A DNA stretch of 62,494 nucleotides, filler included. It is 11 parts of 11 records of this genome, joined end to end, with 100 filler letters (N's around TTAATTAATTAA, not from the genome) between each part and the next. Parts side by side here need not be neighbours in the genome. Positions count along the whole stretch, not along the records: positions 1 to 5,030 come from SRR31147125_96173; positions 5,131 to 10,626 come from SRR31147125_96348; positions 10,727 to 17,341 come from SRR31147125_96366; 8 more parts are not named here. One strand, written 5' to 3'. A program made the translations under genes and the position numbers. The notes under the pieces were generated by a model. The model had not been told where the DNA came from. It worked only from the letters and a program-made list of their open reading frames with translations, and made no database searches. Shown one piece after another: positions 1-10,936 of this stretch (positions within the stretch are counted from its first letter, which is position 1; each line of letters starts with the position of its first letter).

Positions 1-2084
1 AAAAACGCGCCAAGCAAAGTCGCTCCAACGGAAATGGCTGTCTGCAACTTTTGTTGTTTGGCCTGGTCCTGTTCTCTTTCCAATTTGTCCTGAGCTCTTT
101 GAATTCGATTCTCTAAAGCAGTTATTTTCTTTTCATATTTCGCTCGTAGTTTGTCCGTCCATTCATCTCGCTGTTCTCGTGCCAATTGGGATAAACGAAT
201 TCGAAAATCCTGCTCTGATTCATCTGGATTTGACAGTTCTTTATATTTCGTACTGGAGAACAGAGTTAATTTTTGTGTCCTGTAAAGATATTCTTTAAAA
301 TCTGTTCCCCACTTTTTGTAATTTCCAACCTTTGTCGCAGCCCGTGGCAATGAGGAGAACCTGGCCTTTTCTTCACCTGATTTTAACAAATCAGAAGCTT
401 TTATATCTTCATCATATGCCTGATCCCAATCAATAACAAGAGCACTTTCTTCAAATTGGGTCGTCACATTGATTTCCTGCTGCGAATCGATTCCTTTTCT
501 GCTGTTCCGATAGTGAATCTTTGCACTGCCCCATAAATGTGGCTGATAAATTATCTGCGAATCACCTAATGCCTCATCTTCGACTGGCATGAATAGTTGA
601 GGTATATCCGGTGGCAGGGCAGTGTTTTCTGGTGCAGGTTCCGTTACCCGTTGTGATGAAACGGTATATGCTTTATCTCCTCTTTTATCTGATTTTAATA
701 ATTTAATTTGAGATCGCGTCAAAGGACCACACAGATAGGACATAACCCAGCGGGTTTCAAAAAGGACGGCTTCTTTTTCATGAATATTATGCAATAAAAA
801 CACTCTCTTGTTCAACTTTGAAAGGATCTGTTCCAGCTCTTTTCTGTCAAAAGTCCTGTTCGTCGCACCACTGAGCCCATCTAAAACCCTGTCACGATCC
901 TGATCTGTTTGCAGTCTGCCAATGAACCATGTACCAATATTGGATAGAGCTTTATAATCCAGATCAACTGGATTTTGTGTTGCTAACACAAGCCCAACAC
1001 CAAAAGCGCGTGCTTGTTTCAACAACGTCAGGATTGGTTTTTTTGAAGAAGGATTACCAACTGGGGGCAAATAACCAAAAACCTCGTCAAAATACAATAT
1101 GGCGCGCAAACTTGGCGTACCAGCCTGAGCCCGCATCCAGCCAAGCATCTGATTTAATAAAAGTGAAACAAAAAACATCCGCTCCGTATCAGATAAATGT
1201 GCAATATATAAAATGGATACCCGTGGTTTCCCGTCCTCTGCGTACAATAAGCTCTTTATATCAAGAGCCTGGCCCTGCATCCAGGGTTGAAAAGAGGGCG
1301 ATGCAATTAAATTGTTTAAGGACATGGCTAATTCAAAACGCTCTTTGGCCGGATAAAAAGAATCCAGTTCAAAAACGCCAATTCGTTCAAATGGAGGTGC
1401 TTGAATGGCATTTATCAATGAAGGTAAATCAACATCCGAACCCTTTTGCCATAGATGATTAAAAATAGTAGATAATAAAATATGTTCACGACTGTTTATG
1501 GGATCAGCGTCTATGCCCAATAAACCCAGCAGACTGGTGGCTGTGTTGGCCACAAGTTCCCTGAAACTGTCTTCATCATCCAGCATCTCTTTTGACGGGG
1601 CTGAAAACGAATTTAAAATGGAAAGAGGTGTACCTGAACTGCTACCCGGAGTATATATCGTAAAATCAGCGGATTCCTGCAGGCGTTTAATTCTATCACC
1701 ATCCTGATCCCAGCTTTTCAATCCATTTTTCCAAAGGTCTGCCTGTTTTTGGGCATATTCGTCAACACTGAGATTTTTCTTTGACGCTTCTGCTTCATTT
1801 ATCCATGGTTTAAAATCGGCAGGCGAAAAATCTGGGAAACTAAGCAATAAATTGGTCATATCCCCTTTGGGATCGATGATTAGGGAGGGTATGCCATCAA
1901 TGGCTGCCTCCTCCAGCAAACCGATACACAATCCGGTTTTTCCACTGCCTGTCATTCCAATACAACACGCATGGGTCGTCAGATCCTTGGAATCATAGAG
2001 AAGCACATTGGGACTGGTCTGACTTTTGACGGCATCATATTCTCGCCCAAGGTAAAATAAACCAAGCTTTTCGTAATCTTGCAC
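1..2084 (-). CDS. HerA/DUF87-like P-loop ATPase (FtsK/HerA superfamily), 3'-truncated; absent from the ORF track
   Basis: Manual translation from GTG at 2084 (GGGAGG RBS upstream): MQDYEKLGLFYLGREYD...THACCIGMTGSGKTG (Walker A)...IDPKGD...LYFDEVFG (Walker B)...LLKQARAFGVGLVLATQNP. The frame runs off the window start. Confidence 0.9.
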   Translation of the reverse strand, partial: MQDYEKLGLFYLGREYDAVKSQTSPNVLLYDSKDLTTHACCIGMTGSGKTGLCIGLLEEAAIDGIPSLIIDPKGDMTNLLLSFPDFSPADFKPWINEAEASKKNLSVDEYAQKQADLWKNGLKSWDQDGDRIKRLQESADFTIYTPGSSSGTPLSILNSFSAPSKEMLDDEDSFRELVANTATSLLGLLGIDADPINSREHILLSTIFNHLWQKGSDVDLPSLINAIQAPPFERIGVFELDSFYPAKERFELAMSLNNLIASPSFQPWMQGQALDIKSLLYAEDGKPRVSILYIAHLSDTERMFFVSLLLNQMLGWMRAQAGTPSLRAILYFDEVFGYLPPVGNPSSKKPILTLLKQARAFGVGLVLATQNPVDLDYKALSNIGTWFIGRLQTDQDRDRVLDGLSGATNRTFDRKELEQILSKLNKRVFLLHNIHEKEAVLFETRWVMSYLCGPLTRSQIKLLKSDKRGDKAYTVSSQRVTEPAPENTALPPDIPQLFMPVEDEALGDSQIIYQPHLWGSAKIHYRNSRKGIDSQQEINVTTQFEESALVIDWDQAYDEDIKASDLLKSGEEKARFSSLPRAATKVGNYKKWGTDFKEYLYRTQKLTLFSSTKYKELSNPDESEQDFRIRLSQLAREQRDEWTDKLRAKYEKKITALENRIQRAQDKLEREQDQAKQQKLQTAISVGATLLGAF

Positions 2085-2341
2085 AAGACCTCCCTGTGTT
2101 TAATATGTGATTTTCGATAATAAAAAACCCTGGCTATTTATTAAACGGAATCTCTCAGGATTCTAATCCCTCTTTCCTCTTTTGAAATTTATTGCAAATG
2201 ATCTAAATTATTATTCCAGAAATAATGCAGTACCATATTTTTATGTGCCTTATTTTACTAAATTTTATAATATGATCAAATTAATAAATGGATTCCAGCA
2301 TAAATTTTTCAATCAAATAAAAGCCTGATATCGTAGAAGTC

Positions 2342-2369
2342 TTGACATTCAGTCTTTTTATGTTACTTT
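2342..2369 (+). promoter_or_regulatory. Putative sigma70 promoter
   Basis: TTGACA at 2342-2347 and TGn-TACTTT at 2361-2369, upstream of the ATG at 2428. Confidence 0.45.
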
Positions 2370-2427
2370 GATAGTTCATATACAAACATATTTGTTTTCG
2401 ATGGTGCAAACATTTAAAGGATATATT

Positions 2428-2718
2428 ATGAAAATTTTAGCCCTTGAGAAAGAGATCGAAAATACAACATCAGAAGATTTCGCTCCATTTTTAAAAGAAG
2501 AAGCAATGAAAGTGTGGGAATTGTCTCAGCAAAACATCATACGGGAGATATATTTTCGTGGTGATAAAAAATGCGCTGTTGTAGTGCTGGAATGTGCCAG
2601 TGCTGAAGAAGCGAAAAATATATTGGGCACATTACCATTGGTTAAAGCACATTTAATTCGGTTTGAGATAATACCATTATTACCCTATCCTGGGTTTTCC
2701 CGTTTGTTTATGGAATGA
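2428..2718 (+). CDS. Muconolactone delta-isomerase-like small protein
   Basis: MKILALEKE...EEAMKVWEL...IREIYFR...AVVVLEC...LPLVKAHLIRFEIIPL; AAGGA RBS before ATG 2428. Confidence 0.65.
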   Translation: MKILALEKEIENTTSEDFAPFLKEEAMKVWELSQQNIIREIYFRGDKKCAVVVLECASAEEAKNILGTLPLVKAHLIRFEIIPLLPYPGFSRLFME

Positions 2719-2846
2719 TTTTCACATTAATCGAGCATGAAACCAGCTTTTCGTATTTTAACGACTAAGGTTTGTTCAGATCGGTTACTTAACATCTTTT
2801 TTAAACAAGTGAGTAACTAGATAATCACAAATAGGGAAAGAATTAC

Positions 2847-3650
2847 ATGATTTACCGATTACTGTTCGTATTTGGTTTTACATTAATCATTCATTTTATC
2901 AGCACCCTCTCCTATTCTGTCAGGCTGGTGGGTATCAAAACCGGAAGAATTGCCGTCTCTTTTGCCCTTTTTAACATTCTGGTTCTTGTTTCCAGAACAG
3001 CCAACTCATTTCAGGCGCCTTTGCTTGCCAAGTTTGTTGAAAACGATTTACCAAACACACCTTTTTCCAATCCCATAATCATATTCAATTCACTCATCCT
3101 GGCCGCCAGTATCGGTACACTTTTAGGAGCCTTTTTAATTCCCACTTTCCAGGTTCTGCTGGCAAAACTGGTACAAAGATTCAATATTGACCGATCCGTG
3201 CCAAAACTGATTTTACACAGTTTTTCTAAAACAGGGGTGAAACAGTTAAAAGATAATTTCAGGATTCCCTCTAAATACAATATTGATCATTTTAAAAATT
3301 TAAAACATATGCCTAAAAAGCTCATCCTGTTAAATACAGTTGTTATAGCCATTTTAACGGTGGGTAGTTTCGCCGCTCTCTGGGCCGCATTTATAAATCC
3401 ACAATTGAGGTTAACATCCAGCACGCTGGTGCCAATCATAACAGGTGTGGCAACCATATTGCTCGTTGTATTTATCGACCCGTTTTTTTCATTGTTGACT
3501 GACGATTGCCTGGAAGGAAAAACAAGTCCCGCCTATTTTCATAAATGTGTCGTTTTAATGGTGACAAGCCGGTTTGTGGGCACCATACTGGCTCAAATTT
3601 TACTGATACCGGCTGCAAAAATGATTTTATTTGTAGCACATATTCTATAA
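2847..3650 (+). CDS. amj: Lipid II flippase Amj family (DUF2837)
   Basis: 267-aa membrane protein with TLSYSVRLVGIKTGRIAVSFALFNILVLVSRTANSFQAPLL and ATILLVVFIDP...SRFVGTILAQ. Confidence 0.85.
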   Translation: MIYRLLFVFGFTLIIHFISTLSYSVRLVGIKTGRIAVSFALFNILVLVSRTANSFQAPLLAKFVENDLPNTPFSNPIIIFNSLILAASIGTLLGAFLIPTFQVLLAKLVQRFNIDRSVPKLILHSFSKTGVKQLKDNFRIPSKYNIDHFKNLKHMPKKLILLNTVVIAILTVGSFAALWAAFINPQLRLTSSTLVPIITGVATILLVVFIDPFFSLLTDDCLEGKTSPAYFHKCVVLMVTSRFVGTILAQILLIPAAKMILFVAHIL

Positions 3651-4176
3651 AATTGTCATATCTGAATAACGTATTTTTATACATAATATGTACTATCTAT
3701 TCTGACACCAATTTCCAAAACGTGTAAATCTGTTATTCACCAGTAAAATTAGAATTTTTTCTTCCTGTTCAGACCACCGTACGTGCTTGCATCAGTCAAC
3801 TTTACAACTAATTGCTTGCAAATAATTTATAACTTTCATACAATAAATGATTCAGGAATCACATCTATAATATTAAAATAATCACTGAAAATTTGGTTGC
3901 CGGATCTCTTTTACCAAAAAATGAATGAAGCTATATAGAACTATATTGCACAACCGCACATCTCATTCCATGGTGCTACATTATCAAAGTTTTTTTGTCC
4001 TGAATAAATTCCTCACAGGTTTCGACTGTTTCCAGCTGCTCTATGGACTGGTTCGGATTTTTTTCTTTACGTTTTTAGCAAAGGTAAGACATAATACTGA
4101 TTTTCATAAAATAAAAAACATTATTTTGAAATATGATGTTTGAAAAATATCTAAAACCGTTAAACGGAATCGGTTT

Positions 4177-5030
4177 ATGAAAAGAAGAACATTTCTAAAG
4201 ACAATCACCTCTGCAGGCGTCACTGCCTCTATCTATCCTGCAATGAGCTGCCAAAGAACAATCCGTAAACCCAACATCATCTTTATCCTTGCTGACGATC
4301 TCGGATACGCAGAACTGGGTTGTTATGGTCAACAAAAAATTGAAACGCCGAATATCGATAAACTCGCTCAAAATGGCATGCGTTTTTCTCAACATTACGC
4401 CGGCGCTCCGGTATGTGCTCCGTCCAGATGCATTTTGATGACCGGAAAACACGCCGGCCATGCCTATATCCGCGGCAACGATGAATGGCGCGAACGAGGA
4501 GACGTGTGGGATTACGCCAGGGCAGTTGAGGATCCAAATCTGGAAGGGCAGCGGCCAATTCCTGCTAATACAAATACAATCGGAAAATTGCTGCAAAGCA
4601 CGGGCTACAAAACCGGTATTGTCGGCAAATGGGGACTCGGTGGTCCTTTAACAGAGGGGATCCCGAATAAACAAGGTTTCGACTTTTTCTATGGCTATAA
4701 TTGCCAGCGCCAGGCTCATACCTATTTTCCCAAGCATCTCTGGAAAAACACGGATAAAGTCTGGCTGGATAATCCCCTGGTCGTTCCGGGAACGAAACTG
4801 GAAAAAGATGCGGATCCAAATAATCCATCAAGTTACTCAAAATTCTCTCTAAACCAGTATTCACCGGATCTCATGTTTGATGAAATCTCTGATTTTGTCA
4901 AAGAGAATAAAAAACATCCGTTTTTCCTTTATTGGGCTACGCCTATACCACATGTACCTCTGCAGGCACCGAAAAAATGGGTAGATCACTATATTAATAA
5001 ATTCGGAGATGAAAAGCCCTATCTTGGGAA
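4177..5030 (+). CDS. Arylsulfatase with Tat signal, 3'-truncated
   Basis: MKRRTFLK twin-arginine motif; PNIIFILADDLG; CAPSR formylglycine motif; GKWGLG. Confidence 0.92.
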
Positions 5031-5130
5031 NNNNNNNNNNNNNNNNNNNNNNNNNNNNNNNNNNNNNNNNNNNNTTAATTAATTAANNNNNNNNNNNNNN
5101 NNNNNNNNNNNNNNNNNNNNNNNNNNNNNN
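5031..5130. other. Artificial contig linker; repeated at 10627, 17342, 23314, 28945, 34274, 39830, 45052, 50479 and 56035
   Basis: N44-TTAATTAATTAA-N44 puts stops in all six frames; composition and gene content change across each linker. Confidence 0.98.
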
Positions 5131-5154
5131 CCCTCTCCATGAATGGAGAGGGGG
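5131..5154 (+). repeat. REP-like palindrome (partial) at contig start
   Basis: CCCTCTCCAT-GA-ATGGAGAGGG hairpin; similar to the element at 14341-14375. Confidence 0.6.
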
Positions 5155-5429
5155 AGTCATTCCTAAACACTTTTTTGGAATAATTCATTCGCTCAGCCCT
5201 TTCGATTACCATTGAAACATTTTAGCAGTTTGTCAAGATAATATATTTGACCAAAAGGTTGCAATACTAATTTATAATTCCCTATTCACTCACCTCATAT
5301 TTCTCATCCCCTCAATATTAATACCCATTTTTGCAGATAGACTCTTTTTTTCATTGATTGTGATCAATATTCCGGTTATACGCTTCTATCTTGAGAAACA
5401 AAATAAATTTATGAATGAGGAGAACCATC

Positions 5430-6659
5430 ATGAGTGATACACTAAAAAACATGGAATTACCGAACAAAGAAGGAAGATTTGGAGAGTACGGAGGCAGCTA
5501 TGTGCCTGAACAGCTCCAAACCATCCTGGATGAGATCACCGAAAGCTATGAAAAAATCAAGGACGATCCTGCCTTTCTTGAAGAACTCAAGGAGCTGAAC
5601 AACCATTTTACCGGTCGCCCCTCACCGCTGTTTCATGCAAAGAATCTGTCTGAGAAAATCGGCGGAGCAGACATCTATCTGAAACGGGAAGACTTAAATC
5701 ACACCGGTGCTCACAAGATCAACCATTGTCTGGGAGAAGCCCTTCTGGCCAAACGCATGGGCAAAAAAAAGCTCATTGCCGAAACCGGTGCCGGACAGCA
5801 CGGCGTGGCCCTGGCAACGGCTGCCACTCTGGTGGGGCTGGAGTGCGATATCTATATGGGCGTTGTGGACATCAAAAAAGAGCATCCCAATGTGGTGAGA
5901 ATGAAAATCCTGGGGGCAACGGTTGTACCGGTAACCCGAGGCACCCAGACTCTGAAAGATGCCGTGGATGCCGCCTTTGAAGCCTATCTTGAAGACCCTT
6001 TTACCCAGCTTTACGCCATCGGTTCCGTGGTGGGTCCCCATCCGTTTCCCATGATGGTTCGGGATTTCCAGCAAATTGTCGGGATGGAGGCAAGAGAGCA
6101 GTTTCTGGAAATGACCGGCAAGCTACCGGACAATCTCATCGCCTGTGTAGGCGGCGGATCCAATGCCATGGGGCTGTTTACGGCATTTCTCAATGATGAG
6201 GATGTCAATATTTACGGGGTGGAGCCTTCCGGTCGGGGCTTCAAAGACGGAGATCATGCCGCGACGCTGACATTGGGTTCTCCCGGTGTTCTCCATGGAT
6301 TTCATTCCTATCTGCTCCAGGACGATCAAGGCGAGCCTCTGCCGGTCTATTCCGTAGCATCCGGTCTGGACTATCCCGGTGTCGGTCCCCAGCACAGCCT
6401 GCTCAAGGATTTGGGCCGGGTCAACTATGTGACGGCGTCCGATGACGAGGCAATCGATGCATTCTTTGAGTTGTCCCGAACCGATGGAATCATCCCGGCC
6501 ATTGAAAGTTCCCATGCCGTGGCCCATGCCGTCAAGCTGGCCAAGGAGCTGGGAAAAGGAAAGAGCATTTTGGTGAATCTTTCCGGTCGGGGGGACAAGG
6601 ACATTGATTTTGTCATTGAAAACTATGGGACGAACTACGGGATCGATCCGGCTAAATAA
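5430..6659 (+). CDS. trpB: Tryptophan synthase beta chain, stand-alone
   Basis: [22 protein letters not shown] (PLP lysine), [31 protein letters not shown] before ATG 5430. Confidence 0.95.
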   Translation: MSDTLKNMELPNKEGRFGEYGGSYVPEQLQTILDEITESYEKIKDDPAFLEELKELNNHFTGRPSPLFHAKNLSEKIGGADIYLKREDLNHTGAHKINHCLGEALLAKRMGKKKLIAETGAGQHGVALATAATLVGLECDIYMGVVDIKKEHPNVVRMKILGATVVPVTRGTQTLKDAVDAAFEAYLEDPFTQLYAIGSVVGPHPFPMMVRDFQQIVGMEAREQFLEMTGKLPDNLIACVGGGSNAMGLFTAFLNDEDVNIYGVEPSGRGFKDGDHAATLTLGSPGVLHGFHSYLLQDDQGEPLPVYSVASGLDYPGVGPQHSLLKDLGRVNYVTASDDEAIDAFFELSRTDGIIPAIESSHAVAHAVKLAKELGKGKSILVNLSGRGDKDIDFVIENYGTNYGIDPAK

Positions 6660-6835
6660 TTCTGAATTGTTGAGATGAAGTGGCAGCCACCGCCTTTTGA
6701 AACATGGAGTCCGAAGTGCGGCTGAGTTGCCTCATTGAAACCATTGTTTTCTAAACCTGACGTTCCAACTCATTATGTAAGGGATTTTCTCTTCTTTATT
6801 ATTTTTGACGGATAGTACTTTTTTTATTTAAATAT

Positions 6836-7558
6836 TTACTTTTCGGGATGAATTTGGAGACAAATAGATTGATACGCAGTATGAACTAGCGTAACGACAT
6901 CGAATAGCGGCATTTTCACAGCCTCTTGCACCGCCCTTGCATAGGGAGGCATGTTGGTACACTCCAGAACAATAGCACCAACATCATGGTAGGTTTCAAC
7001 TAATTTTTCGGCTGCCGCGATCAGTTCGTGTCGGCACTTTTCCGGATCAATGGTGCTCTTCCCGCCAAGAAACACCGAAGCAAACTCTTCAGAATCCTGC
7101 ATGCCGATGATAGCGGTAGGCGGCGTATCAATCCCGATTCCTGAAAAATGGCGTGGGGTCAATGAATTACCATCCGCTGTGATAACACCGACCTGTTTTC
7201 CCTCACCCAAAGTGGATTGCGCCAATGGGATCTGAAGCAGACTGGAGCTGTAGACCGGCACATCCACAGCAGCAGTCAGCTCTTTATGAAACAACGCCAA
7301 AAAACCGCAGCTGGTGAAGATGGCCTTACACCCTTCTGACTCAAGCTGCTTTGCGCCGTCGACAAACGGCGCGATCAGTTCAGGATCCCCCTCTTCCACC
7401 ACCCGTTTGGGAGATGCCCCTTTGATGACATGATAGTTCACGGGAAAGGGAAACGTCTTGGGATTTCCAATATCACCGGGAATTCTAGGGAATATGGTAT
7501 CCAGCATGAGAATACCGATGCGCGGGGTAGAAGTGCTTTTCCGGCTCACTGGTTTCAA
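6836..7558 (-). CDS. Asp/Glu/hydantoin racemase family protein
   Basis: GILMLDTIFPRIPGDIGN, with TSCGF and LECTNM paired cysteine motifs. Confidence 0.85.
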   Translation of the reverse strand: MKPVSRKSTSTPRIGILMLDTIFPRIPGDIGNPKTFPFPVNYHVIKGASPKRVVEEGDPELIAPFVDGAKQLESEGCKAIFTSCGFLALFHKELTAAVDVPVYSSSLLQIPLAQSTLGEGKQVGVITADGNSLTPRHFSGIGIDTPPTAIIGMQDSEEFASVFLGGKSTIDPEKCRHELIAAAEKLVETYHDVGAIVLECTNMPPYARAVQEAVKMPLFDVVTLVHTAYQSICLQIHPEK

Positions 7559-7562
7559 ATCG

Positions 7563-9205
7563 TTATATCCTCCGTAAATGCGACGTATTATCCCAACTTC
7601 CCGAGGCTTTGGTCGAATTGCTCTCCATTGCTAAGGCTAGATCAGCCAATCCGTCCAAACTGATCGGCTTGACCGGCACACGAACCGACGGAGAGGCAAC
7701 CGAAGGACAATGGGTAACGCCATCGGCGGTAGAGCAGATGCTTTCTGCGACTTGACGAGACGGTCCTATGGCATCATCATCCTTAAGCCACCCCGCTGAT
7801 GAGGATTTTGCCATTCCGGCAGTCATCAAATCGTGGATGACCGTACCGCAAATTCGGCCCTGGCAATTTCCCATGCCGGCCCGGACGGCCTTTTTCATGG
7901 ATCCCGGTGTGGTAAAGCCGCGCCTCATCCAGCGGTTGACATCCTTCATCCGCACATCCTCACACCGACAGATCATGGTGTCATCGGGAATTTCCCGAAT
8001 CCAGGACGACGGAATCCGACACAATGCGTTCAACAGTCTTGCATAATGGAGTTCATGCCGTCGTTGTCGACAAAGCCGCTTGTATGTCACTGCCATGGAT
8101 ACCGGATCGTCTGCGGTTTCCATCTGTCTCACAATCTCCATTCCCGCCATCCGGCCTTCGATAAAGGATTTGGAAGCCCCTGCAATACCGGTCACCTCAC
8201 CTGCGGCAAAAATGCGCTTTTGAGATGTCTCCAGGGTATCATCCACCCGGGCCACCCAACCGCCGAGGGAGGAATCGTACTCGACCAGACAACCGGCCTG
8301 ACAGAGCAGCTCGGTATTGGGAACAAATCCATACCCCACAGCCAGAGAGGGGGTTTCCATCTCGATTTCAGTTCCGGGAAGGATCGCGCCACCGCTGTCG
8401 ACTTTCGCAGCCAGCACCGATTCCAACCGCGTGGTCCCTTTGGCCTCAATGATCTTCATACGCCGCCGGAGGGAGACCCCCGCTAAGGTCAACTTGGCCA
8501 TCAGCAGCGCCCCATCCATGAGCTTCAAGGTGTGATGGGGAATCATCCCCACCATGGAGAGACTTTTTCTGAAGGATGCATGATCCAGCACCGCCTGGAC
8601 GCTTCCCCCGTTGGCCACCGTTTCGTCAGAAAAGAGATACTGCAACGGCCCAAGCCCGCCCACCACCATTTTCGATGCAGGCAGAATGCCCGAGCTCTTC
8701 ATGAGAATCTGAGCCGCACCCGTGGAAATGACGCCGGGAAGTGTCCAGCCGGGAAAAGGAAGATACTTCTCCCGGGCACCGGTGGCCACGATGATATAGC
8801 GTGCTTTCAGCTCCGAAGCCTTCTCTTGCTCATCAACCAGCAGCAGATGGTTGTCCGAAAATATACCGGCCACACGGGTGCCGGAGACAATGGGAATCTT
8901 GAGATTTCTCACTCGTTTTTTCAACAAAATTCCCTTGTTCCGTGTTGGATCCAGCTCAAATCTGTTGCTTTTTTTGGGAGTGTCGGCTTTTTTTTTGGGG
9001 TTTGGCTCCGTTGTCGATTTCGAGTAAACGACGATGGATAATTTCGCAGCAGTTGCCCCCCCATATGGGGATTTTCATCGATAATCCGGATATCCGGCCC
9101 AATTCCGGATTTGACGGATTCCAAAGTCAAAATCTCTGCAGCGGCAAGCCCTGCAAAGCCGGCCCCGATGATGGCCACATCACATGTTTCACACATCGTT
9201 GTCAT
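7563..9205 (-). CDS. FAD/NAD(P)-dependent oxidoreductase with BFD-like Fe-S domain (HcnB/OoxA-like), frameshift near 8970-8996
   Basis: N-terminal DVAIIGAGFAG...DENPHMGGQ lies in ORF 8921-9271; the remainder (ATGARE, FPGWTLPGV, ICRCEDV, GMGNCQGRIC) lies in ORF 7563-8927; A9 and A7 runs at the junction. Confidence 0.85.
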
Positions 9206-9470
9206 GGATGATGATCTCCATATTCTCTTCCACCAGACGCATGCACGCCCGCTGATTGGGCTTACCGTCAATGGTCACCAGACACTCGTAACAGACCCCC
9301 ATACCGCAAAAAAACCCTCGCGGCTCTTTTTCAATTCGACTCTCTCGCAACGTCAAATGACCCGATGCCGTGAGTGCTGCGTGGACACTCCCGCCCGGAT
9401 ATACAGACACGGGGGAGCCGTTCACCTTAATCGTGATTTGCTCCCCCTTTAATTCATTCTCGATTCTCAA
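9189..9470 (-). CDS. 2Fe-2S subunit (HcnA-like)
   Basis: RGFFCGMGVCYECLVTIDG...RAC. Confidence 0.9.
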   Translation of the reverse strand: MRIENELKGEQITIKVNGSPVSVYPGGSVHAALTASGHLTLRESRIEKEPRGFFCGMGVCYECLVTIDGKPNQRACMRLVEENMEIIIHDNDV

Positions 9471-10626
9471 TGTGCCGTCACCTCTTTTTCAGTAAATCGA
9501 TCCGGTCGAAACGCCTCCATGGGCATTTCGGTTTTGCCATCCGCAATCAGCTGGGCCAAGAGCTTGCCGGTTATGGGAGAGAGCGCAATGCCGTCCCCTT
9601 CGTGGCCGCAAGCCAGCACCAGATTCTCAACCCCCGGTACATGACCCAAAATCGGCAACCCGTCCGGAGTATAGGGCCGCAAGCCGGCAAAACTTCGAAT
9701 GATTTGAAGCGTGGACAATCCCGGCAGCAAAGCACGGGTTCGATTGGCGATTCCGGCCATGTCCTTCAACGTGGTGCCTCTGTCAAATCCCACGAACTCT
9801 CTGGTGGAGCCCAACAGCAATGTGCCGCTCTCGGTCTGCTCAATGGAGATGCCGTATCCGCTGCTGTCGGCAGCTTCGGGTTTATATTTTGCAGCGATGT
9901 ATTTTGCGGAAATCATGCAGGTTCGGATCATGGGCTTGGCCGCCGATGTAACCAGAATCTGCCCCCGCCTGGGATGAATGGGAATATGTAATCCTGCAAG
10001 ACGTCCCACGCTCGGAGAGAGAACCCCTGCGGCATTGACCACCGCATCGGCGAAGATCACGCCGTTATCCGTCTCCACGCCTTCCACACGATTGGTGCTG
10101 CATCTCAAACCCGTCACACGGGTATGGGGTAGAATCTCGGCTCCCAAGGCTTGGGCTCCCAAGGCCAATGCATGGGTGAGGGCGATGGGATTGACCTGAC
10201 CATCCATGGGGGAGTACGCCGCCCCTGGAAGCGCCGGAGAGAGATTGGGCTCCAGCGTCAGCATCTCATCGGTTTCAAGCAGCGACACATCCAATCCGAT
10301 TTTCTGCTGATCCCGGACATACTGCGCCATGATCTCGAACTCTTCCGGGGTTTCAATCAGCACCAACCCGCCACATGGCCGATATTCGATGGGGGTGGGA
10401 AGTTCCTTTTCCAGCGTCTCGAAAATCGCTTTACTGGCCAAAGCAAGGGAGAGATGAATCCCCGGTTTCTTGGACTGCAAGAACACCAGACCGTCGCAGG
10501 CACCGGAGCTGCCCGCGGCAAGATCCCCCTGCTCCACCAAAGTCACCCGCACCTTTTTCTTTGCCAGATGATAGGCAATGGAAGTACCGATCACCCCGCC
10601 GCCGATCACCACCACATCACTTTTTT
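9467..10626 (-). CDS. DAO-family FAD oxidoreductase (HcnC/OoxB/SoxB-like), 5' end at contig edge
   Basis: VVIGGGVIG, PRRGQ, FAGLRPYTPDGLPILG, GHEGDGIALSP. Confidence 0.9.
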
Positions 10627-10726
10627 NNNNNNNNNNNNNNNNNNNNNNNNNNNNNNNNNNNNNNNNNNNNTTAATTAATTAANNNNNNNNNNNNNNNNNN
10701 NNNNNNNNNNNNNNNNNNNNNNNNNN

Positions 10727-10912
10727 TTGAATGCTCTTGATAGAATCTTGTTAAGGTCATTCAAATAAACGCTCATGAATGGCTTATTCACAACGAAGGT
10801 TGAATGCTCCCGTCAGAAGCGGTGTTGAGGACATTCAAATAAACCCGCATGAGTGATTTTAGCACAATGAGGGGTGAATGCTCTTGGAAGAGTGTATCTA
10901 AGGTCATTCAAA
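10727..10912. repeat. Degenerate tandem repeat, 73-74 bp period, at least 3 copies, each with an inverted repeat
   Basis: (T)TGAATGCTC at 10727, 10800 and 10874, each followed about 17 nt later by AGG(T/A)CATTCAAA. Confidence 0.85.
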
Positions 10913-10936
10913 ACAACACAATGATAGAGGATTATC

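Noticed and set aside
929..1707. Plus-strand ORFs 929-1462 and 1498-1707
   Set aside because: Antisense shadows of the minus-strand HerA-like ATPase
5031..5130. Recurring TTAATTAATTAA palindrome within N runs
   Set aside because: Synthetic six-frame-stop scaffold linker, not biology; gene adjacencies across linkers are meaningless
10727..10912. 73-bp repeats as a canonical CRISPR array or integron attC sites
   Set aside because: Repeats are too degenerate and variable segments too short (~17 nt). Only one GTTRRRY and no matching RYYYAAC. No cas gene, integrase or cassette ORFs.
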